Shown here: positions 50,395 to 63,351 of the stretch, piece by piece | Numbering within the stretch: position 1 is the stretch's first letter | Layout: every line of letters starts with the position of its first letter | Assembly (NCBI GenBank): GCA_002269645.1 | Contig: NIVC01000241.1 | Coordinates: 1-64,000 of the forward strand | Origin: Macrostomum lignano | Lineage: Eukaryota | Direction: 5' to 3' | DNA length: 64,000 bases | Program-made: the position numbers and the translations under genes | The notes under the pieces: generated by a model | Told to the model about the DNA's origin: nothing | Seen by the model: the letters and a program-made list of their open reading frames with translations, nothing else | Databases searched by the model: none

Positions 50395-50665
50395 TTTCTC
50401 CTCTCTTCTCTTTCCTCTCTCCTTTCTTTTCTCTCCTCTCTACTCTCTTCTCTCGCATCTCTACTCTCTTATCTCTCCTCTCCCCTCTCTTCTCTCTCAT
50501 CTCTACTCTCTTTCTCTACTCTCTTATCTCTCTTCTCAACTCTCTCGTCTCTTCTCTCTACTCTCTTATCTCTCCTCTACTCTCTTATCTCTCCTCTCTA
50601 CTCTCTTATCACTCCTCTCTGCTCTCTCCTCTCTGCTCTCTCCTCTCTCCTCTCTACTCTCTACG
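50395..50665. repeat. CT-rich low-complexity tract
   Basis: Seen directly. Confidence 0.85.
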
Positions 50666-51181
50666 TATCTACCCTCTACATGTAAGACTGCCAAACTGGA
50701 GTCAATTAAATTCATAAGCTGCTTGGCACACCTGTCACACTTTAATCTCTTATATTGAATCGGCTCCCAATGATCGAGGAGGTTTGTTTTGCAGTTCATC
50801 CCGGCTGATGAACAGTCCTCAGCTGCTGATAGACTGTTGACAAGCCCGAATCCCGCTGCTGATTGCGGCAATGCAGTCAGTTCCTTCATTTCGATTCAGC
50901 ACTTGCCTGCCGGCCTATTTGCATAATCGAATAAACCTCATTTCCTGGCCGAATTCTGAATAATAATATTCAACACGGCATTCTAATTGGGCTAAGGAAG
51001 CACAATAATAGTCAGAGATAATTCCGGTGCACTTTCCGTTGCTGGGTTAATGAAAGCTACTTTGAATTCAAAGAAAACTTCCGATCAAGATTGACCGGAT
51101 TGGGTCAACTCAGGTCGGGTCAAATGAGGTCAAGCACCGGTACTCACTCCCACTCGCCATCTCTAACGATTCCTACTTCAG

Positions 51182-51346
51182 CTTCGATGAGAACGCTGGC
51201 CATCGGCCCGATGGGCAGCCGGGCACCAGCGGCCTGGTGCTGCAGCACCTGCCACACCAGCGGCGCGAGTCCTTCCTGTACAGGTCTGACTCTGACTTCG
51301 ATGTGTCACCGAAGGCGTCGAGGAACTCCTCTATGACAAGCGATTT
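51182..51346 (+). CDS. PDE4: PDE4 common exon, UCR1 N-terminal half with PKA site
   Basis: Acceptor TACTTCAG|, FDEN...QRRESFLYRSDSDFDVSPKASRNSS (PDE4 UCR1 signature), donor TT|GTAAGT. Confidence 0.93.
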
Positions 51347-51476
51347 GTAAGTGGACTGGATACTGTCGTGTTTGCGTAATTATCTCATACCATGCTTGGT
51401 GTTTTTAGATTTACCAATCTCCTCTCTATCCCTGGTCCTACGAGTAATACCTTTCTCTAAATTAATGACTGGGTGA

Positions 51477-52177
51477 TAGAATCCACACAGTCAGTGTCTA
51501 TGGTGTGGTAGAATCCACACAGTCAGTGTCTATGGGGTGGTAGATTCCACACAGTCAGTGTCTATGGGGTGGTAGAATCCACACAGTCAGTGTCTATGGT
51601 GTGGTAGAATCCACACAGTCAGTGTCTATGGGGTGGTAGATTCCACACAGTCAGTGTCTATGGGGTGGTAGAATCCACACAGTCAGTGCCTATGGTGTGG
51701 TAGAATCCACACAGTCAGTGTCTATGGTTTGGTAGAATCTACACAGTCAGTGTCTATGGTATGGTAGGATCCACACAGTCAGTGTCTATGGTGTGGTAGA
51801 ATCCACACAGTCAGTGTCTATGGTGTGGTAGAATCCACACAGTCAGTGTCTATGGGGTGGTAGAATCCACACAGTCAGTGTCTATGGGGTGGTAGAATCC
51901 ACACAGTCAGTGTCTATGGTGTGGTAGAATCCACACAGTCAGTGTCTATGGTGTGGTAGAATCCACACAGTCAGTGTCTATGGTGTGGTAGAATCCACAC
52001 AGTCAGTGTCTATGGTGTGGTAGAATCCACACAGTCAGTGTCTATGGGGTGGTAGAATCCACACAGTCAGTGTCTATGGGGTGGTAGAATCCACACAGTC
52101 AGTGTCTATGGGGTGGTAGAATCCACACAGTCAGTGTCTATGGTGTGGTAGAATCCACACAGTCAGTGTCTATGGTG
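51477..52177. repeat. 32-bp minisatellite (TAGAATCCACACAGTCAGTGTCTATGGTGTGG)
   Basis: About 22 copies. Confidence 0.95.
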
Positions 52178-55031
52178 TGTTTCTCTTAGAATCAATCCAT
52201 TTTGGAATGTGTAGATTTTCGTGGTAGGATGACTATACGAGGTTTTTTGTTTCTCCTTAATTAGGACTCATGATAACAGTCCAGTTTCGATTCCAGTTGC
52301 TATGGAAAATGTTGTCATCAGCTGTCATCGGTTACATCATTATAGGATCGTATCATCTTGCTGACAGTTGGGTTCTGTTTTTGTTAGTGAATTTTTTAAC
52401 AAGCTGTTAGTATTTGGAAAAAGTGAAGCTAGAAATTTCGTGATTCGCTTAATGCTCTACTCACAAGTAGTGCTTAGTGCGCCTAAAGTGTCTAAAAAAG
52501 ATAGTTCAAGTGCCTATACGGACTTCCCGGGGCCAAAATAAAGGCCAGTTTGAACTCAGAGAGATGATATCATTCCCGAGCAGAAGATTGAAAACATCCT
52601 CAGCTTCATCTTAAAGCAGAAGTGAGCTCGGACTGAAAGCCACTCGCTTTCGTCATTAAAAAGCTGAGCTATGCCTATGCCGCACTAAAAGCAGATGTTC
52701 TGCATGGAATAGCAGCAGCAGGAGACAAGGTGGGCAAGCAGTAAATCAGAGATCGACACGGGGCGCAGGGCAGCAGAGGGGTCGAATCCGCCAACCAGCA
52801 GCTGGCTGCTGGCTCAGAAGGCAATAAAATATATAGTGCACGCTGCGGAATTCTGGGTGGGGGCACCCACCGGACCTCCACCCCTCCCGGCTTCGGCCTT
52901 TTGCGGAATTTATCCGCTAAGCTTCTCGAACAGCTTTCGCTCCTCGACCCCCGTAGTCCGGTGCATGCTTCATCTATCCTTGGCGCCTCTCTCTCCCAGA
53001 AGGACGCAGAACCAGAGATAGAGAGGGAAGGAGAAACGGCGGAGGAAAGAAAGGGCGAAGCTCTCGTTAATTTCGCCAACCTTCCATAGCTTCCGCCAGA
53101 CTGCCTCGATTGCCTCGATTTTCACCGCACCTTGCGGCCTGCCTTTGCCGGCTTGCACTTTGAACTCTTCAACAAGTCCTCGAGAACATATTGAAGGAAA
53201 GCGCCAGGCCTCTACAATGCTGTCCCGCATCCGGTACGTAATTCCTTGGTCGCTCCAAGTAGACATTTTCGCCTTGGAACGGAGGGGACTAGCAGGTCAA
53301 AAGTTTGGCGACAGAATCGAGTCACGAGCGGTTTATCGCCGCGGCTCCCGCATCCTCGGCAATCGTGACGCTTTCGACGTCATCGCCCGGCAGTAATTTG
53401 GGCGACCCAGCCAGGTTCCGCTACGTACCTAGCGAACTGGAAGGGAGCGAAATGACTGAGGGGCACCGAACCCTGGCTGGGAGGAAGCTGAAGAACCCCC
53501 TGTCTCTATAGCACTAATTAGCTCTCCCCCAGCCTCCGCAGCAGCTGCGCCGGGGCGAAAGATTTACGACGGAGGGAGCGAGTTGGCCGGCCTCATCCCT
53601 CTTCGATGGCATTTGGTTCTCCCCTTATTCGCCCTCCCCACCAGTTCCCTCGATTCCCTTCATCGGGACGCCGGCCACTGCCTGATAGGGGTGGGCAGAT
53701 CGCCCCCCCCTGTTGCAGGCCCGCGAGTCAATGTCGGAGGGAACAAAAAATTTCAAGCGACTCCGACAGCGCTGGCTACGGGACCAGGACCTTCCTCCGT
53801 TGCTGCTGTCTGCCTCTTCGAGTCTCTGTCAACTCTGAGAACTCTGAGAATCGATAAAAAAGATAGAGAAAGAAAAAAGCAGGCGGGCATGAGGCCACGG
53901 AATGCCGAAAATGAAGTGCAATTATCGATGAAGCACGGAGGCTGGGGTGCCCCCAGCTAGTCCTCCATGACCCCAAAGACATCCCCCGCCTCCGGACTTG
54001 CTCTGACACATACAGAGAGCAATTCTCTCTTCAAACTGAGCTAAGTTAGACTCCAGGCAGTCTGGGCAAAAAATTCCTGCAGGCTGCAGCCTCTCAATTC
54101 TGGCTGGATTTCGATTTCAGATCCTATTATCATTACTGATTGATTGGCCGAGTCGGGGGGGGGTGTCCGAGCTTTCCTACGCATGCCAATAAAGCTCGCA
54201 TCGCTATCTAGGTTGCTAGTAGCATTCAAACTCGGTCCCTTCTCAGGTGAGAAAGTGCCGGCTAGAAGCAAGTTAGCCAGCAGAATCGCAGCACCTTGCT
54301 CCCCTTTCTGGACCCCATCGGGCTCCTCCCCCTTGCCCCCGCTCACTGGCCTGCCCGCCTTGTCTGTGCTGCCCCCGCCCCCTACAACTAAGCCTCCCAC
54401 AGATGGGTCGCTCCCCACTCCCAGCGGAGCAATCTGTACAACAGACCCTCCTACAGTTTGCATAAGCGCCGACCGCTGCAAAGCCGTACCCCGCGCCCGG
54501 CCCTGTCCCAGTCCCCCGCACCTCAACCTATCAGGCCTGGCCCAATTGATTTCTGCAACGTCACTGGCCGGCCGCGGCCCTGCCCAGGCCGGCACGCCCC
54601 GCCACCACCACGCGCTGCCGCCCCCTTCACACACTCGCCCAAAAATCCTCAGTCGTCCTCTCGCCCACCCCCGCTTTGGGAGGGTAGAACGAGAAGGAGA
54701 CGAAGGGGTAAGAGAGGAGGAAAGGAAGGAAGGGAAGTCCAGAAGCGGGGAGAGGGAAAAGAGAACGGAGGAAAGGGGATACGGCGCAACGGAGAGGTCC
54801 CGGCTTATAGCAAAAAACTATTTATCATTAAGTAGGCTGGAATAAAGACTAGTTGAACAGAGCGAGACAGCTCGGGCGCGGAGGGCAGTCTCAAGCCCTG
54901 CCGGGTCATCCAGAATTAGTTTTGCCCCCTCCCAGCCCACCTGTGGTCGGTGCCCCGGCCACACCTATCCCGGTCTCCCTCCGCCGGCGCCTCCGCTATC
55001 TCGGATTCTGTGGCGCCAGGCGCGCAGCCTC

Positions 55032-55319
55032 ATGCCCGGACGCTGCCTCCTGCCTCTGTGCTGCTGCTGCGGCCTCTGCAGCTGCCGGGCCGGTCGGTCG
55101 CGTCGCAAAGACGGCAGTCTGGGCAGCGGCGGCGGCAATGGTAGAAAAGGCTCAGCCGCGTCAGGCGCCTCCGCCAACAAGAAGGCCGAGGAAGCCGCCG
55201 CTAACACTGGACTGCCGGTCCTGCCACTGCTGCCGCCGCAGTCGTCCTCGGACGAATCGGGATCCGACGAGGAGGGTCAGGACGTCCTGCCGGACCTGCC
55301 GAATGCGGGCAGCTTTCAG

Positions 55320-55353
<34 letters not shown>

Positions 55354-55546
55354 GGTGTCAGCACGAGCAGCCGCCGCAGCCGCGCACAACCTTGGCAGCA
55401 TCACGGAGAGGCTCGCTTTACATTTTCAGACACTCGGACGAGATCATCGTGACGCCGTTCGCCCAGGTGCTTCACACGCTACGCTCTGTCCACGACAACG
55501 TGAAGACTCTGACCGGGGCTGACCACCTGCCCAATCACACGGACAG
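55032..55546 (+). CDS. PDE4: PDE4 exon with UCR1 C-terminal half (internal acceptor at 55430), plus an in-frame 5' extension encoding a Cys-rich alternative N-terminus
   Basis: [20 protein letters not shown] matches PDE4 [20 protein letters not shown]. Acceptor TTTTCAG| at 55429 and donor AG|GTAAGC. The frame is open back to the ATG at 55032. Confidence 0.85.
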
Positions 55547-57644
55547 GTAAGCTAAATAAATCATTTTTAACTAAATAACGATACGAGTACAATATTTTGG
55601 CAGTGTAAAGTCTACTTTAAATATTTCAAACACATTCCTCTGCGTCACCAGAAGTACAAATGATTTTTTATGCTGAAGGAACATGAACTAATGTACTCCA
55701 AGCCTTGGTCAAACATATTAGACAGCCTGCGGGGGGCTTGAAAATTCAATCGCCTGTGCCTCGGCATGCGCGGCCAAGGTGCGCAGTTGGGAACCCGGGA
55801 GGCCCGTTTCCCACTCTCACCGAGCCCAACGCATGACACCGGCAGTGGGATAAATTCCTCCTACAGTCCGCTATAGACATCGGAATGAATCGGAATGAAT
55901 CGAAAAGGTTCAGGAGCTCAACCCCCAGCTGAGATTGAGAATAGGGGAGGTGGGGGGGGGGACACAGAGACGCTCCGAGGGAGAAAAAGAGGTAGGCAGG
56001 CAGTGACAGAACACCTTGCATTGAATTCCGAATTTGGCTGTGCAAAGAGAGAGCGCGTGGGGTGTGGAACAATTTCCTAGGACGGACAGTATTAGACGGG
56101 GGGGGGTGGTGATCCCTGCTGCTTCTGCTGCCGCCGCTGCCAGTTCTGCAGTCCACTATACCGGCCCTCCACTCCGGAGTTGCTGACACCTCTCTCCCTC
56201 CGTCCCCCTTGACTGTAGTAGCCGCTGTTGGGCAGAGCTTGGGCGGCTTTCCTACCCGAAACTGTCTAGCAAACTGCGCCACTTACTCGTATATGCCCAA
56301 CGAGTTTGACGTCATTGCAGAGCTCCAAATGTGCCGCTTCTCTCCCTCTCGCTCTCTTTCTCTCCCTTTCTCCGGCTATAGTTCTTGAATTAAGCGATTT
56401 CGCCTATTACCTAGGTGCAACCTCCGACCAGTGACACTCTAATCCAAAGTGACTGAGAACCATGGCTTCTCAATACAGTACAGTTCAGTTTGCAGTTGAA
56501 TCGCTTCAGCAATACCAAAATTGTCAACCGGAAACCAATCAAAGAGAATTCCTGACTCTTACATAGGAGCCGGAGGGGACGGCGAGGCCGTTTCAAAGCC
56601 TTTAATTTGCTCGCAACTCACTCAACTGTTTCTGAGTTTCTGAGTTGGGCCCGCCCGCCTCTCAATGCAGGAGGGGCCCCTGTTAATTATTAACAGTGCG
56701 AACTTCCTGCCGCCATCTCCCGCGCTCCAATGGCCTACACTGCCATAGTTCTCCTATTTCCATCGCTGTCACGAGTTTAGTGCAAATCATTCTCCTCCCC
56801 TTCTTCCCGCGGCTGAGAGTAGGCAGTCAGAGAGAGAGAGAGACTTTGGTCGTCAAGCGAATGAAATCGAGTGAAAGAGCATAGCAAAAGAAAGTGGGTC
56901 CAGATGCGCGCAGATTCGCATGAAGAAATGATTTATTCCCTACAAGGCCCGGCCCGAGTCGCTCTCTCTCTCTCGATCTCTCTCCGCTAGAAGTCCGCTG
57001 CACCCCTCATTTCCATCTTCGCCTTCTCTCTGTCTGTCTCCCTGTTCCCTTCAACCGATGCAAATTGACTGACTCTGGGCCTGAGGGGAGAATCTCAGGC
57101 CATTGCGGCTGGCTACCCCACCCCGCCTCCTCGAGTCCTTCGCTTCTGTATCCTCTTCCTTTCCACATTACCATCTTCTTCCATCCGTAGAGAGGGGCAG
57201 CTGGGTAAAAGGGGAGAAAACTGCCGGGACAGGACGGGAAGGACTCTGGTGGGTCCCTCACTAATTGAGACGAAATTCGACTTTGCTTGGTAAGCAGGAG
57301 ACTGCAGCTAGTCTCAGCCCGCCTCTTCCCTGCCCCGAGGCCTATCCTGCTCAGGGACCGAGCACGGAGCACCTTGGTCCGCTCCTCCCACCGGCAGCGG
57401 ATGGGGATTGGGAGGCCCGACTCGCTCCTCCCACGTCATATTTCTCTCCTCCGGCTGCCAGCTCCGGCGCTGGAGCCATGGCCAAGTACTTCTTGCCGCC
57501 GGGCCTGCTAGGAAGGAAGCTGAGGGGATGAAGGGATGCCTCATCTGCACCTTCATCTTCCCTTGGCTCCTTGATGCTGTTTTTTTTTCTGCAGAGATTT
57601 GGCACAGAGAGGCGCTGGGAATGCTAGAGACGCGCCGGGGAGAG

Positions 57645-58387
57645 CTGAGAGAGAGAGAGAGAGAGTGCCCGAGAGAGAGAGAGGGGGAGAGAGAGAGAGA
57701 GTGCCCGAGAGAGAGAGAGGGAGAGAGAGAGAGAGTGCCCGAGAGAGAGAGAGAGGGAGAGAGAGAGAGAGAGAGTGCCCGAGAGAGAGAGAGAGGGAGA
57801 GAGAGAGAGAGAGAGGGAGAGAGAGAGAGAGAGAGGGAGAGAGAGAGAGAGAGAGTGCCCGAGAGAGAGAGAGAGGGAGAGAGAGAGAGAGAGAGTGCCC
57901 GAGAGAGAGAGAGGGAGAGAGAGAGAGAGAGTGCCCGAGAGAGAGAGAGAGAGGGAGAGTGCCCGAGAGAGAGAGAGAGGGAGAGAGAGAGAGAGAGTGC
58001 CCGAGAGAGAGAGAGAGGGAGAGAGAGAGAGGAGAGTGCCCGAGAGAGAGAGAGAGGGAGAGAGAGAGAGAGGGGGAGAGAGAGAGAGAGCCCGAGAGAG
58101 AGAGAGGGAGAGAGAGAGAGAGAGAGAGAGTGCCCGAGAGAGAGAGAGAGGGAGAGAGAGAGAGAGAGAGAGAGTGCCCGAGAGAGAGAGAGAGGGAGAG
58201 AGAGAGAGAGTGCCCGAGAGAGAGAGAGAGGGAGAGAGAGAGAGAGAGAGAGAGTGCCCGAGAGAGAGAGAGAGGGAGAGAGAGAGAGAGTGCCCGAGAG
58301 AGAGAGAGAGGGAGAGGGAGAGAGAGAGTGCCCGAGAGAGAGAGAGAGGGAGAGGGAGAGAGAGAGTGCCCGAGAGAGAGAGAGAGG
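57645..58387. repeat. Compound (GA)n microsatellite with GTGCCC interruptions
   Basis: Seen directly. Confidence 0.93.
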
Positions 58388-59037
58388 AAAAAGCGTGTTG
58401 CCTGTCCCCTTCGCCTTCCCTCTTTTTCCTGCCTCCATCTTTTCATGCCTCCCGCGTTCTCCCCTCATCCGATTCCCCATCCGCTATGCACTTAGCGCAA
58501 ATTGGTTGGCTCCCTGACAAAAAGCGCTCTTCCTGCAGGAGCGAGCGGCTCCCCAGCGCTGAGTGAGATGCAGCAGGCTACTGCATGCTACTGACTGACT
58601 CACTACTCCGATCCCCATTTCACCTGCCCAGAGTAGGTATTATTCAGTCCCATATTTTGCGATGCGACCTGATCTGCTCATCCAACAATTGGCAGTGAAG
58701 AAGTGCACACCTGAGCTTGAGGACTTTGATAATATGATGATGGTATAGAGTACCTGCACTGTCATCTCTTGTTGATGGGTAGCTTGTGCAGAATCTCATC
58801 TGTTGATTTCATCTCATCTATCATCTAGCTCATCGGTTTCAATTAATGCTTGCGGAAGTACATGTTCCAAACAACATAGCTTCCAAAATAATGAAAATCA
58901 TCTTCAGGCTCTAAATTTTTCATCTGAATACCTAAAACCACCTAAAAATTAGGAGCGTAAAATTAGACAAATCCCGTATCTAGAAGGTAAAGTAGAAAGA
59001 GTAGTCAATAAGCTGCGATAACTTCAATTCATTCCAG

Positions 59038-59075
59038 TGCCGCGGCTCCGTCTCTGGCAACACCGAGCTCAGATG
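59038..59075 (+). CDS. PDE4: PDE4 38-nt LR1 micro-exon (AAAPSLATPSSD)
   Basis: Acceptor ATTCCAG| and donor G|GTTAGT. It supplies the phase 2 to phase 1 bridge needed between 55546 and 59897. Confidence 0.65.
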
Positions 59076-59106
59076 GTTAGTGAAAAAGCTGTTAGAAAAT
59101 AGTTCA

Positions 59107-59838
59107 GTTGTCTATGAACGAGAGTTGTTAGATCAGCATGCAGACTGTCTGGTTGTGTATGACCGAGAGTTGGTAGATCAGTATACAGAAAGTGTAGTTG
59201 TCTATGACCGAGAGTTGGTAGATCAGTATACAGAAAGTGTAGTTGTCTATGACCGAGAGTAGTTAGATCAGTATACAGAAAGTGTAGTTGTCTATGACCG
59301 AAAGTTGTTAGATCAGTATACAGAAAGTGTAGTTGTCTATGACCGAGAGTAGTTAGATCAGTATACAGAAAGTGTAGTTGTCTATGACCGAGAGTTGGTA
59401 GATCAGTATACAGAAAGTGTAGTTGTCTATGACCGAGAGTTGTTAGATCAACATCCATAAAGTGTAGTTGTCTATGACCGAGAGTAGTTAGATCAGTATA
59501 CAGAAAGTGTAGTTGTCTATGACCGAGAGTAGTTAGATCAGTATACAGAAAGTGTAGTTGTCTATGACCGAGAGTTGTTAGATCAGTATACAGAAAGTGT
59601 AGTTGTCTATAACCGAGAGTTGTTAGATCAGTATACAGAAAGTGTAGTTGTCTATGACCGAGAGTAGTTAGATCAGTATACAGAAAGTGTAGTTGTCTAT
59701 GACCGAGAGTTGTTAGATCAACATCCATAAAGTCTAGTTGTCTATGACCGAGAGTAGTTAGATCAGTATACAGAAAGTCTAGTTGTCTATGACCGAGAGT
59801 AGTTAGATCAGTATACAGAAAGTCTAGTTGTCTAGACC
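59107..59838. repeat. 45-bp minisatellite (GTTGTCTATGACCGAGAGTTGTTAGATCAGTATACAGAAAGTGTA)
   Basis: About 16 copies. Confidence 0.95.
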
Positions 59839-59896
59839 ATATCCGTCTCGCCGAATGAAATAAGTAAATCAATGATTTCGCTTCCTCCTTAAGCAG

Positions 59897-60009
59897 ATGA
59901 GGATTTCTCCCAGATGGCCGACAAGACGCTCAAGGACTTGGAGTGGTGCTTGGAGCAGCTAGAGACAATACAAACGCACCGGTCCGTGGCCGATATGGCC
60001 TCTAGCAAG
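59897..60009 (+). CDS. PDE4: PDE4 UCR2 exon 1
   Basis: TLKDLEWCLEQLETIQTHRSVADMASSK. NAGNAG acceptor (59894 or 59897) and donor AAG|GTGAGC. Confidence 0.92.
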
Positions 60010-60111
60010 GTGAGCAGGAAGCTGTTAAGTGAAGGATTTTATAGTATTTTTCACTGATTGATTGAATAAAAAGATAGGATTGTAATCGAAAATTTCCTAA
60101 CCTTGTTTTAG

Positions 60112-60220
60112 TTCAAAAAGCTGCTCAACATGGAGCTCGAACGTATGAGCGGTAGTGGACAAGGCGGCGCTGCCTCCTCTGCCAATCAAATTGAGAGCTA
60201 CATCAAGTCCACTTTCCTGG
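60112..60220 (+). CDS. PDE4: PDE4 UCR2 exon 2
   Basis: FKKLLNMEL...[12 protein letters not shown], with canonical splice sites. Confidence 0.92.
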
Positions 60221-60224
60221 GTGA

Positions 60225-60488
<264 letters not shown>

Positions 60489-60572
60489 ACAAGTGTCTTA
60501 CAGCAGTTTTAGGTAGGGCATGAAGAGTCATCGAAGTACTTCAAACTACATTCTATAATTTCTATCATCCAG

Positions 60573-60943
60573 AAACTGACGATGACTCTGCTGTAACGCC
60601 CGTGGGCAAGGGCGGCAGCAGCGCTGCCGGTGGCTCAGGCAGTGGAGGTGGTAGCGGTGGCGACATTGAAACAGGCGAGGGTCGCTCGCCCCGCGACGCC
60701 AACGGAGCGCAGGCCACCATGACGAAGGTGCAGGTGAAGTCGACGAGAACGCCTGCTCAACTGTCGGCGATTGAGGCTGGCGAAGCCCAGCTGCCACCGC
60801 GCCTGGGCGTGGAGACGCCTCACTCGGAGGCGCTGATTCAGCTGTTCGAGACCGGGTTGGACAAGTGGGGCATCGACATCTTCAAGGTGGACGAGCTCTC
60901 CGCGAACAAGCCGCTCACCTCTGTCGTATACGCAATCTTTGAG
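60573..60943 (+). CDS. PDE4: PDE4 LR2 linker and start of catalytic domain
   Basis: G/S-rich linker, then LDKWGIDIFKVDELSANKPLT. Phases 1 to 0 are consistent. Confidence 0.9.
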
Positions 60944-61454
60944 GTGAGATTTAGAGTTCTCATCTACGTGTCTGTCTGATCTCTTTGCCGAGAGAGCCGC
61001 CCGAATCGGGAGTTTATTTTCGTCTTCTCATGATTCCCTTTTCTTTTCCAAGTTGCCTACTACTGCAAAGAGAACTCCACAATAATCTAATAAGGAAGAG
61101 ACGCTGCACAAGTTGCAAGGAGTCTGCCTAACTCGCTCTCTCCTGCACTCACCAGCTTCTCAATCTCTCCGTGGAGCTTCGACCTTGATAGAGAAGAAAA
61201 TTCTCAGCAGCCTTCAGAAGAAGCAGCGTTGCTCGCTTCGGGCCTGAGGTCTGAGGGAACCAAAGTCCGAGGTTGGCTGGCTGTCCTGCTCTCGATGGAT
61301 TCCTGCAGCTGGGGCTTGCATTTGATGTTGTCGGCCAGCCAGTCCGCCTGTGATTTTGTATCTGTTTGTCTGTACGATAGATAATTTTTGTTCGAAATGG
61401 CAATAAACAATCTTGTACACTCATCTTGCATCCCAATCTTCCCCACTTCCACAG

Positions 61455-61719
61455 AAGCGGGACTTCTTCAGCAAGTTCTGCATCCACCCCAGCACTCTAG
61501 TCAGCTACTTCTCCCAGGTCGAGCAGCACTACAAGCCTGATAATCCCTACCATAACGCGGTGCACGCGGCCGACGTCACCCAGAGCACCCACGTGCTGCT
61601 GAATGCTCCTTCTATTGGCAACGTGTTCTCGGATCTGGAGATTCTGGCCAGCGTGTTCGCCTGTGCGATTCACGACGTGAACCATCCCGGCGTGACCAAC
61701 CAGTTCCTGATCAACACTG
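61455..61719 (+). CDS. PDE4: PDE4 catalytic-domain exon; the gene continues beyond the window
   Basis: YHN..HAADV and IHDVNHPGVTNQFLIN class I PDE metal-binding motifs. Confidence 0.95.
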
Positions 61720-61963
61720 GTGAGTTCATAAGTTTTTAAAAAATACTCTGCAAAGATAGGAAAAAATCGTTTTTTTCATCACAAGATCAATTATTGCTTT
61801 TGATCTGGGGCAGTGAAGATTACCATTCTTTTAATTTAGCATGCACAGCGTGTTACTCTGTTGTATTTTATATAGCTGTGCGGTGAAAGTTTCATATTCA
61901 TATTATTTTCTTTTTATTTCATAAGCCCAAACTAGAATGCACAGACTGTGCATGTATTTATGT

Positions 61964-62432
61964 GGAGTGGACTGGGCAGAGTGGAGTGGACTGGGCAGAG
62001 TGGAGTGGACTGGGCAGGGTGGAGTGGACTATCAGAGTGGAGTGGACTGGGCAGAGTGGAGTGGACTGGGCAGAGTGGAGTGGACTGGGCAGAGTGGAGT
62101 GGACTGGGCAGAGTGGAGTGGACTGGGCAGAGTGGAGTGGACTGGGCAGAGTGGAGTGGACTGGGCAGAGTGGAGTGGACTGGGCAGAGTGGAGTGGACT
62201 GGGCAGAGTTGAGTGGACTGGGCAGAGTGGAGTGGACTGGGCAGAGTGGAGTGGACTGGGCAGAGTGGAGTGGACTGGGCAGAGTGGAGTGGACTGGGCA
62301 GAGTGGAGTGGACTGGGCAGAGTGGAGTGGACTGGGCAGAGTGGAGTGGACTGGGCAGAGTGGAGTTAGTAGACTGGGCAGTGAGGAGTGGACTGGGTGG
62401 AGTGGAGTGGACTGGGCAGAGTGGAGTGGACT
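61964..62432. repeat. 19-bp minisatellite (GGAGTGGACTGGGCAGAGT)
   Basis: About 24 copies. Confidence 0.95.
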
Positions 62433-63351
62433 GATTCTTGCATTAAAGCAAAATGGCTGTGATTGAAAGTGTCTCAACTGTGACAGCCCGCCAGATGAGG
62501 AAATTAGTTCCAGATTAAGCAGGTTTCCTTAATTCTCAGCCAAACTTCTTCCCAATCTAAGGGCGCCCGCATATTAGTTTTTCTGGAGCATTTTATTTTT
62601 TGCTTTTGCGTGTAAATTTCTATTATAATCGCATAGTTGGAAATATCAGGCTCTCGGCGCCAAAATGGATTGGCGTATACGGGCATAGCGACCAACAGTC
62701 CCAATGATTTTTGCATAGAACCAGCCAAGCTGGAAAACTCCTGCCCGACTCCCCGGGCCAGAATAATTAATCTGCCTTCTCCGCCTCATTCTCCCGGTTT
62801 TCAGGCAATATTTCTTGTGGAAAATCCCTCTTGACTTACGGATGGATATTAAAGGGACAGTCAGTGGCTTTGAATGAGGATTTTTTGATCACAAAGATTT
62901 TCCCCTACCCATTCAGCCCTCTCTGTCGGCTGACGCTGCTTGGCTCAGAAAATTTAATTTTTATCTTTATAACGAGAGTCTGCAATGGAAATCCTGTCTT
63001 TAAACTGAAGACATGTGTCTAAAGTACTCAAAAAAATCTGCACGGTAACTAGAATTTAGAGGGATCTGAGCTAAAAAATATTGCCATAATCTGAATAAAT
63101 AGATAATGTTATTGCAATGCTTAGCCATATAGTAGTTTGCGAGTACCTTTACTGTAGTTTTTAGTCTTAAAAGATACCTAAAATATACCGACAACTCATT
63201 CTAGTAAATTGGATTAGCATACTCCTAATTATAACCCTCGGACCATCAAAACCATTTAAGATATGCTTTTATTCATAAAAAGAAAAAAAATATTTGTATG
63301 CTGAATTTTGTTGAAGAACAGAATTTAACGATTAATTAAAAAATCATATTA

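Noticed and set aside
52970-53266. 98-aa minus-strand ORF inside a PDE4 intron (also 34238..34588)
   Set aside because: No homology recognised; compatible with chance in GC-rich DNA.
57479-57645. Candidate N-terminus of a short PDE4 isoform (MKGCLICTFIFPW...)
   Set aside because: It runs into a microsatellite with no usable donor.
61674-61690. HDVNH instead of the usual HDVDH in the PDE catalytic motif
   Set aside because: The metal-binding HD is intact, and a single substitution could be noise or a tolerated variant.
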